From assembly GCA_964016885.1 (NCBI GenBank), contig OZ024751.1, positions 40,114,001 through 40,178,000 on the forward strand: a DNA stretch of 64,000 nt, read 5' to 3'. Source of the stretch: Eledone cirrhosa. Lineage: Eukaryota. Numbering within the stretch: position 1 is the stretch's first letter; the number at the start of each line of letters is the position of its first letter. The notes beneath the pieces are model-generated. The model was not told the origin of the DNA. It saw only the letters and a list, made by a program, of their open reading frames with translations, and made no database searches. The translations under genes and the position numbers were made by a program. Shown here piece by piece: positions 13,004 to 27,149 of the stretch.

Positions 13004-13274
13004 GATGATGATGATGATATTGAGAGAGAGAGAAAGAGAGATAGAGTGTTGTGACAATACATTGTTCATATTATAAAGTTCAAATTTTTAGTTTCTCTTT
13101 CAGCCTCACCTTTTACGTGTGTATATATATATATATATATATGCGTGTATGTATGTATATATATATGCGTGTATGTATGTATGTATATATGTGTGTATGT
13201 ATGTATATATATATATGCGTGTATGTATGTATGTATATATGTGTGTATGTATGTATATATATATGCGTGTATGT

Positions 13275-13310
<36 letters not shown>

Positions 13311-13357
13311 ATGTATGTATGTATATATGTGTGTGCGTGTGTCAGTTTATATATATA

Positions 13358-13797
13358 TCATCATCATCATCATCACCGTTTTACATCCGTTCTTCCATGC
13401 TAGCGTGGGTTAGATGGGTTGTCCTGTTGTGGGCAGTGTCCGGTCGTCTGACCTTGTCTTGCTCATACAGGAACTGATTCTTGCTTGATTTCTACAGCTG
13501 GATGCCCTTCCTAACACCAACCTCATTTACAGTGAGTGCTGGGTGCTTTTTTCCGTGGCACCTACACGTCCACTTTACAGTGTGGGCTGGATGCTTTTTT
13601 TTGCCATGGCACCTCCATGACCACTTTGCAGTGGAATGATAGGGACTCCAGTCCTATCATCTCATTTCTACAGCTGAGTAACCTGGAGCAATGTGGAATA
13701 AAGTGTCTTGCTCAAGGAAACACCACATCGCCCGGTTGTCCGAGAATTGAACTCACAACCTTTCGATTGCAAGCCTAATGCTCTAACCATTAAGCTA
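13358..13797 (-). mobile_element. SINE family A copy with a variant tail
   Basis: Same head and body, with the longer RTE-type tail. Confidence 0.85.
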
Positions 13798-14255
13798 TAT
13801 AATGTATGTATATGTATATATAGGGTGTATATATAAACAGACAGCAGTGACAATTCATAGTTTATATCATAAAGTTCAAATTCCTAGAGTTTTTCTTTTA
13901 CATCTCCTCATATCTTAACAGAGATATTGGGTGTATATGAAAAAACTATAACAAGTATTGTAAGACCAATTACTTTGCTATGACAGGGGGTCGCCCTTGT
14001 GGAAAGGACTGTATGACAGATATAGTGTCATTATTGGACCAAAAGAGATGAAAGAAATATTACAGAAGCAACAACAACAACAGCAATGTCAACAACAATA
14101 AACTACATTAACATCAACAGTAACAGCACCATCACCACCCCAACAACAACAACAGCAACAACAACATATAAGAAGAGGGAATGCTGTTTAAATAAATGAA
14201 TTACTGAAAAGGAGATTTTGAGAAATGTTAATTAATTAATTAAAAAATTGATTAC

Positions 14256-14336
14256 CTTTTGAAAATAGCCACGCCGGACAGATTTGTCTTTAGTTTGTCG
14301 GAAATATACGTAACCATAGTAATAAGCATTATCACA
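14256..14336 (-). CDS. DENND6: DENND6 coding exon 5 ([27 protein letters not shown])
   Basis: TTTCAG acceptor and GTAAT donor, 81 nt. Conserved [21 protein letters not shown]. Confidence 0.96.
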
Positions 14337-14673
14337 CTGAAACCAGAAAGATAGACATATCAGCGTTAAATACTAGCTTAATAATAATAATGGTTTCTGA
14401 TGTAGGCACAAGGCCAGCAATTTTTTGGAGAGGGGGAAAAGTTGATTAAATCAACCCCAGGGTGTTACTGGTACTTTATTTTATCGAGCCCATGAGGATG
14501 AGAGGTAAAGCTAACCTGGGCAGGATTTGAATTCAGAACGTAATGGGCAAAGCATGTTGTCTGATGCTCTACCGATTCTTTCAATCCACCACCCTTATGA
14601 TGATGATGATGATGATGATGATGAAGATAATTTCAAATTTTAGCACAAATGCTAGTAATATTTTGTAGAGGGA

Positions 14674-15021
14674 TCATCATCATTTCATTTTACGTCCACT
14701 TTTCCCTGCTTGCAAGGGTGGGATGGGAACTGATCCTGGCTTGATTTCTACAGCTGGATGCCCTTCCTAACACCAACCTCATTTACAGCGAGTGCTGGGT
14801 GCTTTTTTGCCGTGGCACCTACATGACCACTTTGCAGTGGAATGATAGGGAACCCAGTCCCTATCATCTCATTTCTACAGCTGGAGCAATGTGAAATAAA
14901 GTGGAGCAATGTGAAATAAAGTGTCTTGCTCAAGGAAACAACACATCACCTTGTCTGAGAATTGAACTCACACCCTTTCGATTGCAAGGCCAATGCTCTA
15001 ACCACTAAGCCATGTGCCTCC
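14674..15021 (-). mobile_element. SINE family A copy
   Basis: Reverse complement of the 24664 family. Confidence 0.85.
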
Positions 15022-15608
15022 AATATATCAACACCAGTACTGTAGGAGTACTTTATTCTATCAACCCCAGAAAGGATGTAAAGCAAAGTTGACCTCAGTA
15101 GGATTTGAACTTGGGAGGTAATGAGTTGGAGCTAATTGGCACAAGGCTCCAATGATCCCACCTAATCCAGAATGCCTACACTGGTACTTTATTGACCCCT
15201 AATAGGATGAAAGGTAGAGTTGACCATGATAGGATTGCAAACACAGAGCTGGCTCAGAGAGCAGGATCAAACACCACAAACAATTTAATCCAACACTCTA
15301 AAGTCTGTCTCAAGCCAGAAGGTTCATAGGTTCAGTGCTTATTCCAGTTTCATAGCGTGAAGTGACTGAGAATACAAGACTCTCCACTGGACACGACGCC
15401 AGTCTATTGCAGGATTAAACCTCCAGCTATTGCTGGTACTTATTTTCAGCTGAGTATACTGGAGCAGCATGAAATGAAGTGTTTTGTTAAAGAACACAAC
15501 ACAACCCAGCCCAGGAATCGAATCCACGACATTATGACCATAAGTCCTCATCACTAGGTCATACACCTCTACACAACACTCTAAAGGCAATAATAAATAT
15601 AGAGATAC

Positions 15609-15718
15609 CTGTAATGGTATAGGGCAGTCCCTGTTGTACTGAGAATGAGCTGGAATGTGTAGTTTACGGCCAGGACATTGTCTGATGCGGAAGTGAAATT
15701 GTGTATCTCCCATACAAC
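15609..15718 (-). CDS. DENND6: DENND6 coding exon 4 (GCMGDTQFHFRIRQCPGRKLHIPAHSQYNRDCPIPLQ)
   Basis: AG/GT sites, 110 nt, phase 1 to 0. Conserved GCxGDTQFxFRxRQ. Confidence 0.95.
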
Positions 15719-16171
15719 CTGAAAAATAGGGAAACATAATGTTATTTAAGATACCATAAACATTGAAATATATACATATATACATATATATACATATATA
15801 TAATTGGATATATGAGAGGGGTGAACATAGATATAAGTATACATGTGTTCCAATTGCAAATGACCAAGTTAGCTAGGTTGAAAAAATACTAATTTAAACA
15901 ACCTAGCTAACTTGGTCATAACCAATTATATTACACGGCTCGGAAAGTTTCCCTTCTTTGAGCTATTTAATTGTAAAAGACTATTTTGAGTTTATTACTC
16001 AATCTATGATATATACATATATATGTTTTTTCTCTAGGAATTTTTTTTCATTTCTGCCACCGCACAGACCCCTCAGTTTTTTTTATTTCTTTTTTAATTT
16101 CTCTTCCTACTATATCAAGAGTAAAACTAATATATTTCTTCATTGTACTGTGATGTTTGCATATATATATA

Positions 16172-16453
16172 TATTTTTTTTTTCACTCAGAGTTGCTGAA
16201 GCATGGAACAAACTACCTGGATCAGTTGTTAGCTGTCGAGACACTGCATCCTTTAAAACCTCCATGATTCCTGAGATTCACCAACACTACACCTGATGTC
16301 CTCCCCACATGTATTTCATGACTCGTACACTGTTCATTTTCCTGACATTTGTACATTATTCTATATACTATACATGCACCTTGATGAGTTGTAGTGCACC
16401 TGAGCACTGTACACAATAATTTCATTATTATTATTATCATTATTATTATTATT
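16172..16453 (+). mobile_element. 3' end of a CR1/L2-type LINE with a (TTA)n tail; further 3' ends at about 4620-4720 (+) and 21030-21192 (-)
   Basis: FFSLRVAEAWNKLP..VV...DTASFK is the typical ORF2 C-terminus. It is followed by the stem-loop TGTAGTGC-acctga-GCACTGTACA. Confidence 0.8.
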
Positions 16454-16483
16454 ATATGGACAGTACTGAAGTAGAGTTTAATA

Positions 16484-16673
16484 ATTGTTTCTACTATTGG
16501 CACAAGGCCAGCAATTACCCAGTACATTACTGGTACTTTATTTTATCGACCCCCGTAAGGATGAAAGGCAAAGTTAACCTCGGCGGGATTTGAACTCAGA
16601 ATGGCAAGGGCCGTAACTCTATGCGTCAAAGCATGGTGTCCGACCCTCTACCGATACTGCCAATTCACCGCCC
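16484..16673 (-). mobile_element. SINE family B copy with TSD
   Basis: Flanked by a duplicated TACTGAAGTAGAGTTTAATAAT at 16464 and 16674. Confidence 0.88.
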
Positions 16674-17608
16674 TACTGAAGTAGAGTTTAATAATATTCT
16701 TTATTATGGCTTAAGTGATGAGTCTTTTACACTGGAGTTTCACCTGCATATTCAAAACTTGTCTGATGATCCTGTGAGTATCCAGGTGAAACTCCACAGT
16801 AACAAGACTCATGACCTAGCCATAATAATGAATATTATCTGTGGTGTGTGTGTATATATATAGTGAAAGACAGAGATACACACACACACACAAACATATA
16901 TAGATACATACAACAGGCTTTGTACATTTTCTGTCACTTTACTCTACATTTACTATTGTATTTCCACAGTATTTATCTAACATAATATTGAATCTATGAG
17001 ATTTTGATATTATTTATTTTGAGAAAAATACCTTAACATCAGTATGAGTGGCCACTTAGGGCAGGTTGGAACAGAAAGATGCAAGAGAATTCTGGCCAGA
17101 TATGGCTGGTTTAAATGCTAAAGAGCTAAAATAATAAATTTTTTCATCAAAAACAATATGATATAACAACAACTACTACAACTACAACAATAGATAGGAT
17201 ATAACAACAACTACAACAAGAGGTTTCATTATTTCTAATTAGGCAACCATTGTTATTATTTATTCAATAATAAACAGCATATGGTGGAGATTTGGTGTTA
17301 AAAAAATATAGAAATCATTGATTAATGAGTGAGACATGTAGAAAGCGATCAATCATTCATAGTAATCTACATGGACACAGCTGGCTGAGTTGTTGGGGGT
17401 GGCCTAGTAATGATACTACCCCTGGGAGAGATAATTGAAAACAGCAGCAACAGCAGTGTCAGCAGCAACAGCATTAACAGCAGCTGGAGGTGTTTGTGTT
17501 TTGTTCAAAGAGAAAACATTCCTTTGTGGTGTGATAACCAATTTGTGGTGCCATCTTCACACTACATGCTTCCATTTTAATTCTGCTCTCTATTAACATA
17601 TAAAACGA

Positions 17609-17700
17609 TGGTGTATGGCTTAGTGGTTAGCGTGTTGGACTTGCAATCGTAACGTCATGGGTTCGATTCCTGGACCAGGTGGCACCACGTGTTCTTGAGC
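17609..17700 (+). mobile_element. Isolated tRNA-like SINE head
   Basis: TGGCTTAGTGG...GGTTCGATTCC followed by SINE body sequence (GTTCTTGAGC). Confidence 0.6.
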
Positions 17701-18600
17701 CAGATCAGATACTGAGGTAGGTGATACTGTGCTCTAAAGACTGCCAATTCATCGCTATTGAAATGTCACCTGAAGTATCTTAGATCACCAGCTATTGAAA
17801 TGAAAGGCATTGAAATTGAGACAAGTGGAGCAGGAATTAGCAGAAGATGCCACCGTTTTCATTAAGTAGTGGCACATTAGACCTGATAATGAGTAATCAT
17901 ATCATATTTTTAAACTACCAAACAATCTAACCAGCCACTGGTGTCTCTGCATTTCCACATAAAGAGGAGTTAATAAGGAACCCTGGAAAATATTACCATA
18001 CTTCAATAATTTTTTTATTATTTGTTTATATTTTGTTTTGTTTTTGTGGGTCTGTTTATTTATTTATTAGTCATTTTAAATTTATAATACAAAATTTTCA
18101 TTAAAAAAACCTAACCAAGAACCCCCCCCCCCCCCCCAAAAAAAAAAAATAACGACACCCCCTAAAAAACAACACAATGATAATAATCTTGTCTCCCAGA
18201 TAAAAAGCAAATAAAGTTGGGGACCAGGGTGGGTGGGGGAGGAGGAGAGGGGGAGTGTAAATAATGAAATTTGTGACTCAACAATTGGTTGTAGTTATTG
18301 AAATAAGGAAATCTATTGAAATTCCTGAAGGGAAAAATATTTGGAAAAAAATTAAACCAATGCAACAAAAAGAATGAGAGAAAAAATATAACAAACAAAA
18401 TGATGTTGATGTTGTTGTCATGGCTCATCCCTGCATCATCATCATCATCATCATCATGCATGAATTAAATAAGAAAAACAATAGCAGTATCCAGCTTTAA
18501 AAAGTAAGATAATCAGCTACATGTAGCCCAGTCTAGCTAGGGGCTGGAGCCCCTCCTATATCTAACTCTTAACATCCTGTACCACATGAAACTGCTTTAG

Positions 18601-18828
18601 TTAACCCTTTAGCATTTAAACTGGTGCCATATCCGGCTAGAAGTCTCTCACCTCTTTCTGTTCAAACCGGCCGTAACTGGCTGCTCATACTTAAGATAAG
18701 GTATTGTTCTCAAAATAAACAATATCAAAATCTCATAGATTCGATAGTATGTGAGATAATTATGTGATTATGTGAGATAGGGTCTTAACTGCAAAAATAG
18801 AAGAGTAATGTAAATGCTAAGGGGTTAA
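18601..18828. mobile_element. piggyBac-type MITE; related copies at about 16935-17130, 30116-30543 (SINE-interrupted) and 40832-41045
   Basis: TTAA-CCCTTTAGCATTTA ... TAAATGCTAAGGGG-TTAA termini. Confidence 0.75.
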
Positions 18829-18917
18829 TGTAATAGTCACAAAACAAACAAATACACACACGCATATATATGTGTGTGAATACATACACAGGGACAGACA
18901 TTAAATATATATATATA

Positions 18918-19303
18918 ATCATCATCATCATCATTTTTACGTCTACTTTTCCCTGCTTGCAAGGGTGGGACGGGAACTGATTCTGGCTTGATTTCTACAG
19001 CTGGATGCCCTTCCTAACACCAACCTCATTTACAGTGAGTGCTGGGTGCTTTTTCCGTGGCGCCTACATGTCCACTTTACAGTTTGGGCTGGGTGCTTTT
19101 TTTGCCGTTGCACCTCCACGACCACTTCACAGTGGAATGATAGGGACCCCAGTCCTATCATCTCATTTCTACAGCTGAGTAAACTGGAGCAATGTGAAAT
19201 AAAGTGTCTTGCGCAAGGAAACAACACATCACCCGGTCTGATAATTGAACTCACAACCTTTCGATTGCAAGCCCAATGCTCTAACCACTAAGCCATGTGC
19301 CTC
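18918..19303 (-). mobile_element. SINE family A copy
   Basis: Reverse complement of the 24664 family. Confidence 0.88.
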
Positions 19304-19433
19304 CATATAGTATAGTATATAAATATATACACTTTTTTTCCATATTTATCGTTTAACAGATGTTCACATATGACTGAATCAAGGCCATACACACTCTCTA
19401 ACTCTCATATACATATGTATATATGTGTATGTA

Positions 19434-19466
<33 letters not shown>

Positions 19467-19569
19467 CAGTGTTTAAGTGAACATTAAACAAGATGATGAT
19501 ACATACACATACATTAGATTATTGGATGGCAGTTAATTCAGGTGTAAACCTAGTAAGTATGTATGTGTG

Positions 19570-19619
<50 letters not shown>

Positions 19620-19624
19620 ATGTC

Positions 19625-19656
<32 letters not shown>

Positions 19657-20060
19657 ATGAGAGAACAGCTGTTTCAATGTTCTGATAAGATCTAATAACT
19701 GGAAGAATAAACCAAAGCTACAATGAGAAAGGAAAGAAAGAAAAAAGAAAAACAAAAAAATGAATCATGTATTCCTTGAGAGTTCCTCATTTGTTACTGA
19801 TGCCAGTAATAAACTACTTTTCTCAACAGAAAACCCATATATAATATACATATATCTCTTTTTACAAAACGGGTTTTTTTCCATTTCAGGTAGACGCGCT
19901 CCATCATCCTCTTTTCTAAAAAAATTAATCATACACAAAACGCCAGCACCAACAGTTTTGCAAGAGATGTCAACATGAATGGACCTGTTATTTTTATCTA
20001 CAGATATCTTTTCCAATTCCAGCCGGCCCATCCCCTCAATCTATCTTATTTCTCATTCTT

Positions 20061-20096
20061 TCTTCTGATGAAGGACTAGCGTCCAAAACGTTAAGA
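20061..20096 (+). ncRNA. Degenerate minimal hammerhead (GAAA changed to AAAA)
   Basis: TCTT CTGATGA aGGAC-tagc-GTCC AAAA CGT T AAGA, followed by a tail ending in (TA)n. Confidence 0.55.
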
Positions 20097-20176
20097 CCCT
20101 CTTCCTGCTATATCAAGTGTTAATCTAATATATCCCTTCCATATACTGTACCGATTGTGTTGTTATTTCTGTTTAC

Positions 20177-20248
<72 letters not shown>

Positions 20249-20892
20249 TACTCATATTTAAGTTACACCTCCATTATATCATACATTCATTTACAATGTA
20301 CCATATATTTTGAAGTGAGATTTTGTAGGTTCAGTAGTTAAGTCACACCTCCATTTTACATACAACATTTATAATGTACTATATATTTTAAATCAAGGTT
20401 TTGTAAGTCCTGTAAATAAGTCACATCACCAATGCTGGTTTTTTAATGTCAAAGTTTTGTGGGAAAAGATACAACCTATACATGAGTATATGTGTGTGAA
20501 TGTGTATGTATGTTTGTGTGTGAGTGTGTATGTATGTTTGTGTGTGTATATGCCTGAAGATAACAAAACAAGCAGATATAGAATGTCTATGTCCTATGCT
20601 GGTTGCAGTTTGAAACCTTAGGTAGCAGCAATTTGTGCTGGAACTTTTTTCACTTGATTTATTCTTCAGAAACTCTTGGTAGTGTGTGTGTCTATATGTG
20701 TGTGTGCGTCTGTGTGCATGTGTGTATGTGTGTGTCTATGTGTGTGTGTATGCATCATCATCATGATTGTTTAACATCTATTCTCCATGTTAGTATGGGT
20801 TAGACAGGCTGCCACATGAGGTCAGTCAGGTCAGGTGACCATGTCTCGCTCATCTAGTGTTATATACATGAGTGAGAAGAAGAATTACTTAC

Positions 20893-20935
20893 CAGAATTG
20901 GAATCGGGAAAGGACAAGTAACATATATTCATTTT
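20893..20935 (-). CDS. DENND6: DENND6 coding exon 3 (KMNICYLSFPDSNS-G)
   Basis: TTCAG acceptor and GTAAGT donor, 43 nt. Contains the conserved NICYLSFPDSNSG motif. Confidence 0.95.
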
Positions 20936-21191
20936 CTGAAAAGAAATAAGAAAATAAAACTCATTAAGTTTTTCTTCATTTAATTACAAGAAAATAAAAT
21001 TATTAGAAAGTAACAATAATAAAATAAACATAATAATAATGAAAATTATTGTGTACAGTGCTCAGGTGCACTACAACTCATCAAATATGCTTGTATAGTA
21101 CAAATGTCAGGAAAGTGATGATGATGTATGAGTCATGATATACACAGATACATGCGTGCATGTGTATGGAGGGGTAATACCAGGTGTAGTG

Positions 21192-21229
<38 letters not shown>

Positions 21230-22159
21230 TGATGATTTAGTGTTAAAGAATAAAAACTAATGATAAAATAAAAATATATTTTTAAAAAAATGAGGCCCCT
21301 GAGAGTGTGTGGCCCTTAGCCATAGCTTATTTAGCTTATAGGTAAATCCAACACTGGATGCCTTGTTCTCTACATCAGAAAGTGATTGGCAATAAAAAAA
21401 ATTAGAGATTTAATTGCAATGTCAACTTTATAGAAATTAGAATATGAGTAGTAGTAGTAGTAGTAGTAGTAAAATGAATATATCTTCTTTCAGTCACGAC
21501 CCCCCCCCCTCATTCACCCACAATAAAAGTGCATCTGTTGTATCAGCTGATAACCAAGATAAGAGAGAATGGTTGGTGGGTGACCCACTTATACTGAGCT
21601 ATAAATCATTCAATGCTCATTAATCATCACTCAACACTCATTATAAATCACTCAGCACTCGTTAATACTTCTTATATTCAATGCATCAACATAATCACCT
21701 TTACCTCCAGTTTTCCATGCTGGTATGGGTTGGATGGGATGTTTTGAGGTAATGTTTTTTCAGCCAGGTTCCCTTCTCCATGTCAACTGTTTTAGAGTAA
21801 CCTCATGGTAAGACTAACAAGGTGAGCTCATGTTTGGAATGGTGCTACTAGTTATCAAGAGATAAAAACATCCAAGACAACGTAATTCTTTTGGTACCAA
21901 CCTAGCCAAAACCTGGTTCTGTATCCAAGAAACAAAAGTAAGATGGTCATGTAGGTGACACGACAAAAAGCACCCAGTACTCACTGTAAATATGGTTGGC
22001 GTTAGGAAGGACATCTAACCATAGAAGGCAAGCCAAAATCAGTTCTGTATGAGCAAAACATGGTCATCAGAACCTCGACTTGCCTCAAATAGGACAACCC
22101 ATTTAACCCATGCTAGCGAGGAAAATGGACTTTAAACAGTGATGATGATGATGATGATG

Positions 22160-22978
22160 ATAGTAGACACTGCAGTAACTAACTCACTAGATATGGTGAT
22201 AACAGTAGACCTTGTGGTAACTAACTCACTAGTAGACACTGTGGTAACTCACTAGTAGACACTGTGGTACCTAACTCACTAGTAGACACTGTGGTAACTC
22301 ACTAGTAGACACTGTGGTACCTAACTCACTAGTAGACACTGTGGTAACTCACTAGTAGACACTGTGGTACCTAACTCACTAGTAGACACTGTGATAACTA
22401 ACTCACTAGTAGACACTGTGGTAACTCACTAGTAGACACTGTGGTAACTCACTAGTAGACACTGTGGTAACTCACTAGTAGACACCGTGGTACCTAACTC
22501 ACTAGTAGACACTGTGGTAACTCACTAGTAGACACTGTGGTAACTAACTCACTAGTAGACACTGTGGTAACTCACTAGTAGACACTGTGGTAACTCACTA
22601 GTAGACACTGTGGTACCTAACTCACTAGTAGACACTGTGGTAACTAACTCACTAGTAGACACTGTGGTAACTCACTAGTAGACACTGTGGTAACTCACTA
22701 GTAGACACTGTGGTAACTAACTCACTAGTAGACACTGTGGTAACTCACTAGTAGACACTGTGGTAACTCACTAGTAGACACTGCGGTAACTAACTCACTA
22801 GTAGACACTGTGGTAACTAACTCACTAGTAGACACTGTGGTAACTAACTCACTAGTAGACACTGTGGTAACTAACTCACTAGTAGACACTGTGGTAACTC
22901 ACTAGTAGACACTGTGGTAACTCACTAGTAGACACTGTGGTAACTCACTAGTAGACACTGTGGTACCTAACTCACTAG
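22160..22978. repeat. Minisatellite with 23/27-bp units
   Basis: ACTCACTAGTAGACACTGTGGTA with an optional ACTA or CCTA. Confidence 0.95.
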
Positions 22979-23227
22979 ATATGGTGTCAGTAACATTACA
23001 GTTAAAGTACAGAGAAAACTAAGAAATGGAAAGAATTTCAAGAGGAGAAAAAAGATACAAATTTTTCTAACAGGTTAGAAGGTAGAACATAAAATATACA
23101 TACACACACCTTTACTATATATATGTGTTAGGTAATTCCGAATATATATGTATATAGACACTCACAAATATATATATTTATACACACATCTATTATATAT
23201 ATACATACACCCACACATATTTCTATT

Positions 23228-23274
<47 letters not shown>

Positions 23275-24663
23275 GTTGGGAAAAAGCCCAGCTCAGAAAA
23301 GTTCTTGAATTCTTGAATGTGTTAAGGAGAAAAGGATACGAAGGCTTGAAATGAAATATTATTGTAAGGTGTGATGAGAGAGTAGAATGATGTAGAAATA
23401 CTTAAATGTCTTTGATGGTGCAAAGAACATTGTTACATTACTGTAGTTCTAGCTAATGAAAATCTAATTACTAAGAATATGAATGGAATGATAATACACA
23501 GCCCCTTCTGGACTTAGCTACAGCTAAATCGTATAGGGCCACACACATTTGGGGGCCTCATTTAAAAAAATATATATTTTTATCTTATCATATAGTTTTT
23601 TTTTTTATTCTTTAACACTAAACCACCAAAAATTATATATATATATATATATGTTTGTATGTATATCATCATCATTTAACGTCTATCTTCCACGCTAGCA
23701 TAAGTTAGATGGGTTTGTCCCATTTAGAGGCAACTTGGTTCGGGTGACCATGTCTCGCTAATATATGACTGTTTCTGGCTGGTTTTCTATGGCTGGATGC
23801 CCTTCCTAGCGCCATATATATATATGTGTTGTTTCCTTGAGCAAGACACTTTATTTCACATTGCTCCAGTTTACTCAGCTGTAAAATTGAGATGATAGGG
23901 ACTGGGGTCCCTATCATTCCACTGCAAAGTGGTCGTGGAGGTGCCATGGCAAAAAGCACCCAGCACTCACTGTAAAAGAGGTTGGTGTTAGGAAGGGCAT
24001 CCAGCTGTAGAAATCAAACCAGAAACAGTTCCCCTCCCACCCTTGCAAGCAGGGAAAAGTGGACCTAAAATGATGAATGAAATGAATGAATATGTAAATG
24101 AGAAAACCTTTCTCATGTCTATATGTATTCAAATACACTCTCGCTTCGTCTCAGAGACAAAATTGTTTTTACTAAGACGTAAATAAAACTTTACCTATAA
24201 TTTAATAAATTATTAAAAGTATGGTAATGAAATGGTTAAAGTGTTTATATTCATGTAAAATTCTTCCATCATAATTTGATGTTCCAATTCCTTAGAAATA
24301 TGTAAGGAAAGGGTTAAAAAGTTTCAAATTGAATGTTTCCTGGTTGAAAGTTACAGTCATAATTAAGTGACTAAATGTGTTAGTATCACCATCATCATCA
24401 TCAGTTTTAAGTGATCTGTATGAAGGGTGACAGTTAGGTAAATAAGTGCCAAGCTATTCAAGTAGAAGGGGAAGACGTGTTGAATTGCGGTCACAAAAGA
24501 TTGATGGACCTCATAAAAACATTTTTATTAAATATAAATATTACACATACTAATGTGTATGTTGCACCTTTTCCCTCTGCCCACACCTGCTAAATAGGTG
24601 TAAAACCAGCATGTGATTTATCTACTAGACTTACAAAACCTCAATTCAAAATATATGATATAT

Positions 24664-25000
24664 GGAGGCACATGGCTTAGTGGTTAGAGCATTGGGCTTG
24701 CAATCGAAAGGTTGTGAGTTCAATTATCAGACCGGGTGATGTGTTGTTTCCTTGAGCAAGACACTTTATTTCACATTGCTCCAGTTTACTCAGCTGTAGA
24801 AATGAGATGATAGGACTGGGGTCCCTATCATTCCACTGCAAAGTGGTCGTGGAGGTGCCACGGCAAAAAAGCACCCAGCACTCACTGTAAATGGGGTTGG
24901 TGTTAGGAAGGGCATCCAGCTGTAGAAATCAAGCCAGAATCAGTTCCCGTCCCACCCTTGCAAGCAGGGAAAAGTGGACGTAAAATGAAATGATGATGAT
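24664..25000 (+). mobile_element. tRNA-headed SINE with an RTE-derived 3' tail (family A), full length
   Basis: A box TGGCTTAGTGG and B box GAGTTCAATT. The 3' part GGTTGGTGTTAGGAAGGGCATCCAGCTGTAGAAA is shared with the RTE 3' UTR, and it ends in (GAT)n. Confidence 0.9.
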
Positions 25001-25552
25001 TGTAAATATTGCATGTAAAATGGAGGTGTGACTTATTTACTGGAGTTACAAAACCTCAGTTTAAGATATAAGGTACATTGTAAATATTGTATGTAAAACG
25101 GAGGTGTGACAAATATACCAGAACCAGTTATACAAGAGTCTACATGGTAGTTATTTTATAGTCTGGTAGAATTGTTAATGTTGGATAAAAAAAAACCTTG
25201 CAGTAATTTAATTACAATCATTTATTTTCAGAATTTAAATTCTGCTGAGGGTGACTCAACGGTAGGAAGGAATCTGGAATACTAGTAGTAGTAGTTTAAG
25301 GATTCAAAATTAGGAGCTTGTTGCTAGCCTAGTTAAAAGTGGAATTATAGATAGAAATATTAATGGTACGGCAGTGTTTCATAGGCAGCAGAAAGTCCAT
25401 GAGATAAGGAATATATTTTTAGGGTGGGCAGGGCAGTGCCAAAAATGGAGCCACTTTGATGACAGCTGTCTTAAATGACAGAGGTGCCGCCCTCCACCTA
25501 TCAAGATGGATTTTTGGAGATATGATTTTTAAGGTCATTCACAGTCATACAT

Positions 25553-25600
<48 letters not shown>

Positions 25601-25884
25601 GCAGACACAGATACATGATATCTGGAGATATAAAGATATGAGATAATTGGCTATAGAGGGAAGAGAGGAAAAAAATTGTTATGATAAATTTATCAGTTGG
25701 AAAAAAGATACCTGGAAGACTGAAACAGTAGCAATGAACACCCACAGAGGGAAAAACATATTATTTCCAAGTTAGCAAAGCAGGGGTGGTGATGGAGAAC
25801 AGGGGAGGAACTGGTTTCTATGTTGTCTTTCAACATCATCAATATAGTAGTTAAATCTCCTCAACAAACTCAGTTGTAACATTG

Positions 25885-26580
25885 TCTCTCTACCACAGTC
25901 CTGCTCTTACAGAGATACTCTCTCTCTCCCTCTCTCTCTCTACCACAGTCCTGCTCTTACAGAGATACTCTCTCTCTCTACCACAGTCCTGCTCTCACAG
26001 AGATACTCTCTCTCTCTACCACAGTCCTGCTCTTACAGAGATACTCTCTCTCTCTCTCTCTCTACCACAGTCCTGCTCTCACAAAGATACTCTCTCTCTC
26101 TCTCTACCACAGTCCTGCTCTTACAGATACTCTCTCTCTCTCTCCACCACAGTCCTGCTCTTACAGAGATACTCTCTCTCTCTCTCTACCACAGTCCTGC
26201 TCTCACAAAAATACTCTCTTCTCTCTCTCTCTACCACAGTCCTGCTCCCACAGAGATACTTTCTCTCTCTCTCTCTCTCTCTACCACAGACCTGCTCTCA
26301 CAAATATACTCTCTCTCCACCACAGTCCTGCTCTCACAGAAATACTCTCTTTCTCTCCACCACAGTCCTGCTCTCACAAAGATACTCTCCCTCTCCACCA
26401 CAGTCCTGCTCTCACAGAGATACTCTCTTTCTCTCCACCACAGTCCTGCTCTCACAGAGATACTCTCTTTCTCTCCACCACAGTCCTGCTCTCACAGAGA
26501 TACTCTCCCTCTCCACCACAGTCCTGCTCTCGCAGAGATACTCTCTTTCTCTCCACCACAGTCCTGTTCTCACAGAGATA

Positions 26581-26615
<35 letters not shown>

Positions 26616-27149
26616 CCACAGACCTGCTCTCACAAATATACTCTCTCTCTACCACAGTCCTGCTCTCACAAAGATACTCTCCCTCTCCACCACAGTCCTG
26701 CTCTCGCAGAGATACTCTCCCTCTCCACCACAGTCCTGCTCTCGCAGAGATACTCTCTCCCTCTCTCTCTCCACCACAGTCCTGCTCTCACAGAGATACT
26801 CTCTCCCTCTCTCTCTCCACCACAGTCCTGCTCTCACAGAGATACTCTCTTCTCTCTCTCTCCACCACAGTCCTGCTCTCGCAGAGATACTCTCTTTCTC
26901 TCTCTCTCCCTCTCCACCACAGTCCTGCTCTCACAGAGATACTCTCCCTCTCCACCACAGTCCTGCTCTCGCAGAGATACTCTCTTTCTCTCCACCACAG
27001 TCCTGCTCTCACAGAGATACTCTCTCCCTCTCTCTCTCCACCACAGTCCTGCTCTCACAGAGATACTCTCTCCCTCTCTCTCCACCACAGTCCTGCTCTC
27101 ACAGAGATACTCTCTTCTCTCTCTCTCTCTCCACCACAGTCCTGCTCTT
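25885..27149. repeat. Minisatellite with an embedded variable (CT)n
   Basis: ACCACAGTCCTGCTCTCACAGAGATAC(TC)n. Confidence 0.95.

Noticed and set aside
22160-22978. CRISPR-like appearance of regular arrays (also 28101, 47107, 54385)
   Set aside because: No unique spacers and no cas genes, in a eukaryotic context. They are plain tandem repeats.
24664-24740. tRNA gene (also 17609 and 31695)
   Set aside because: A and B boxes are present, but the acceptor stem is not convincing and the sequence continues into a multi-copy SINE body.
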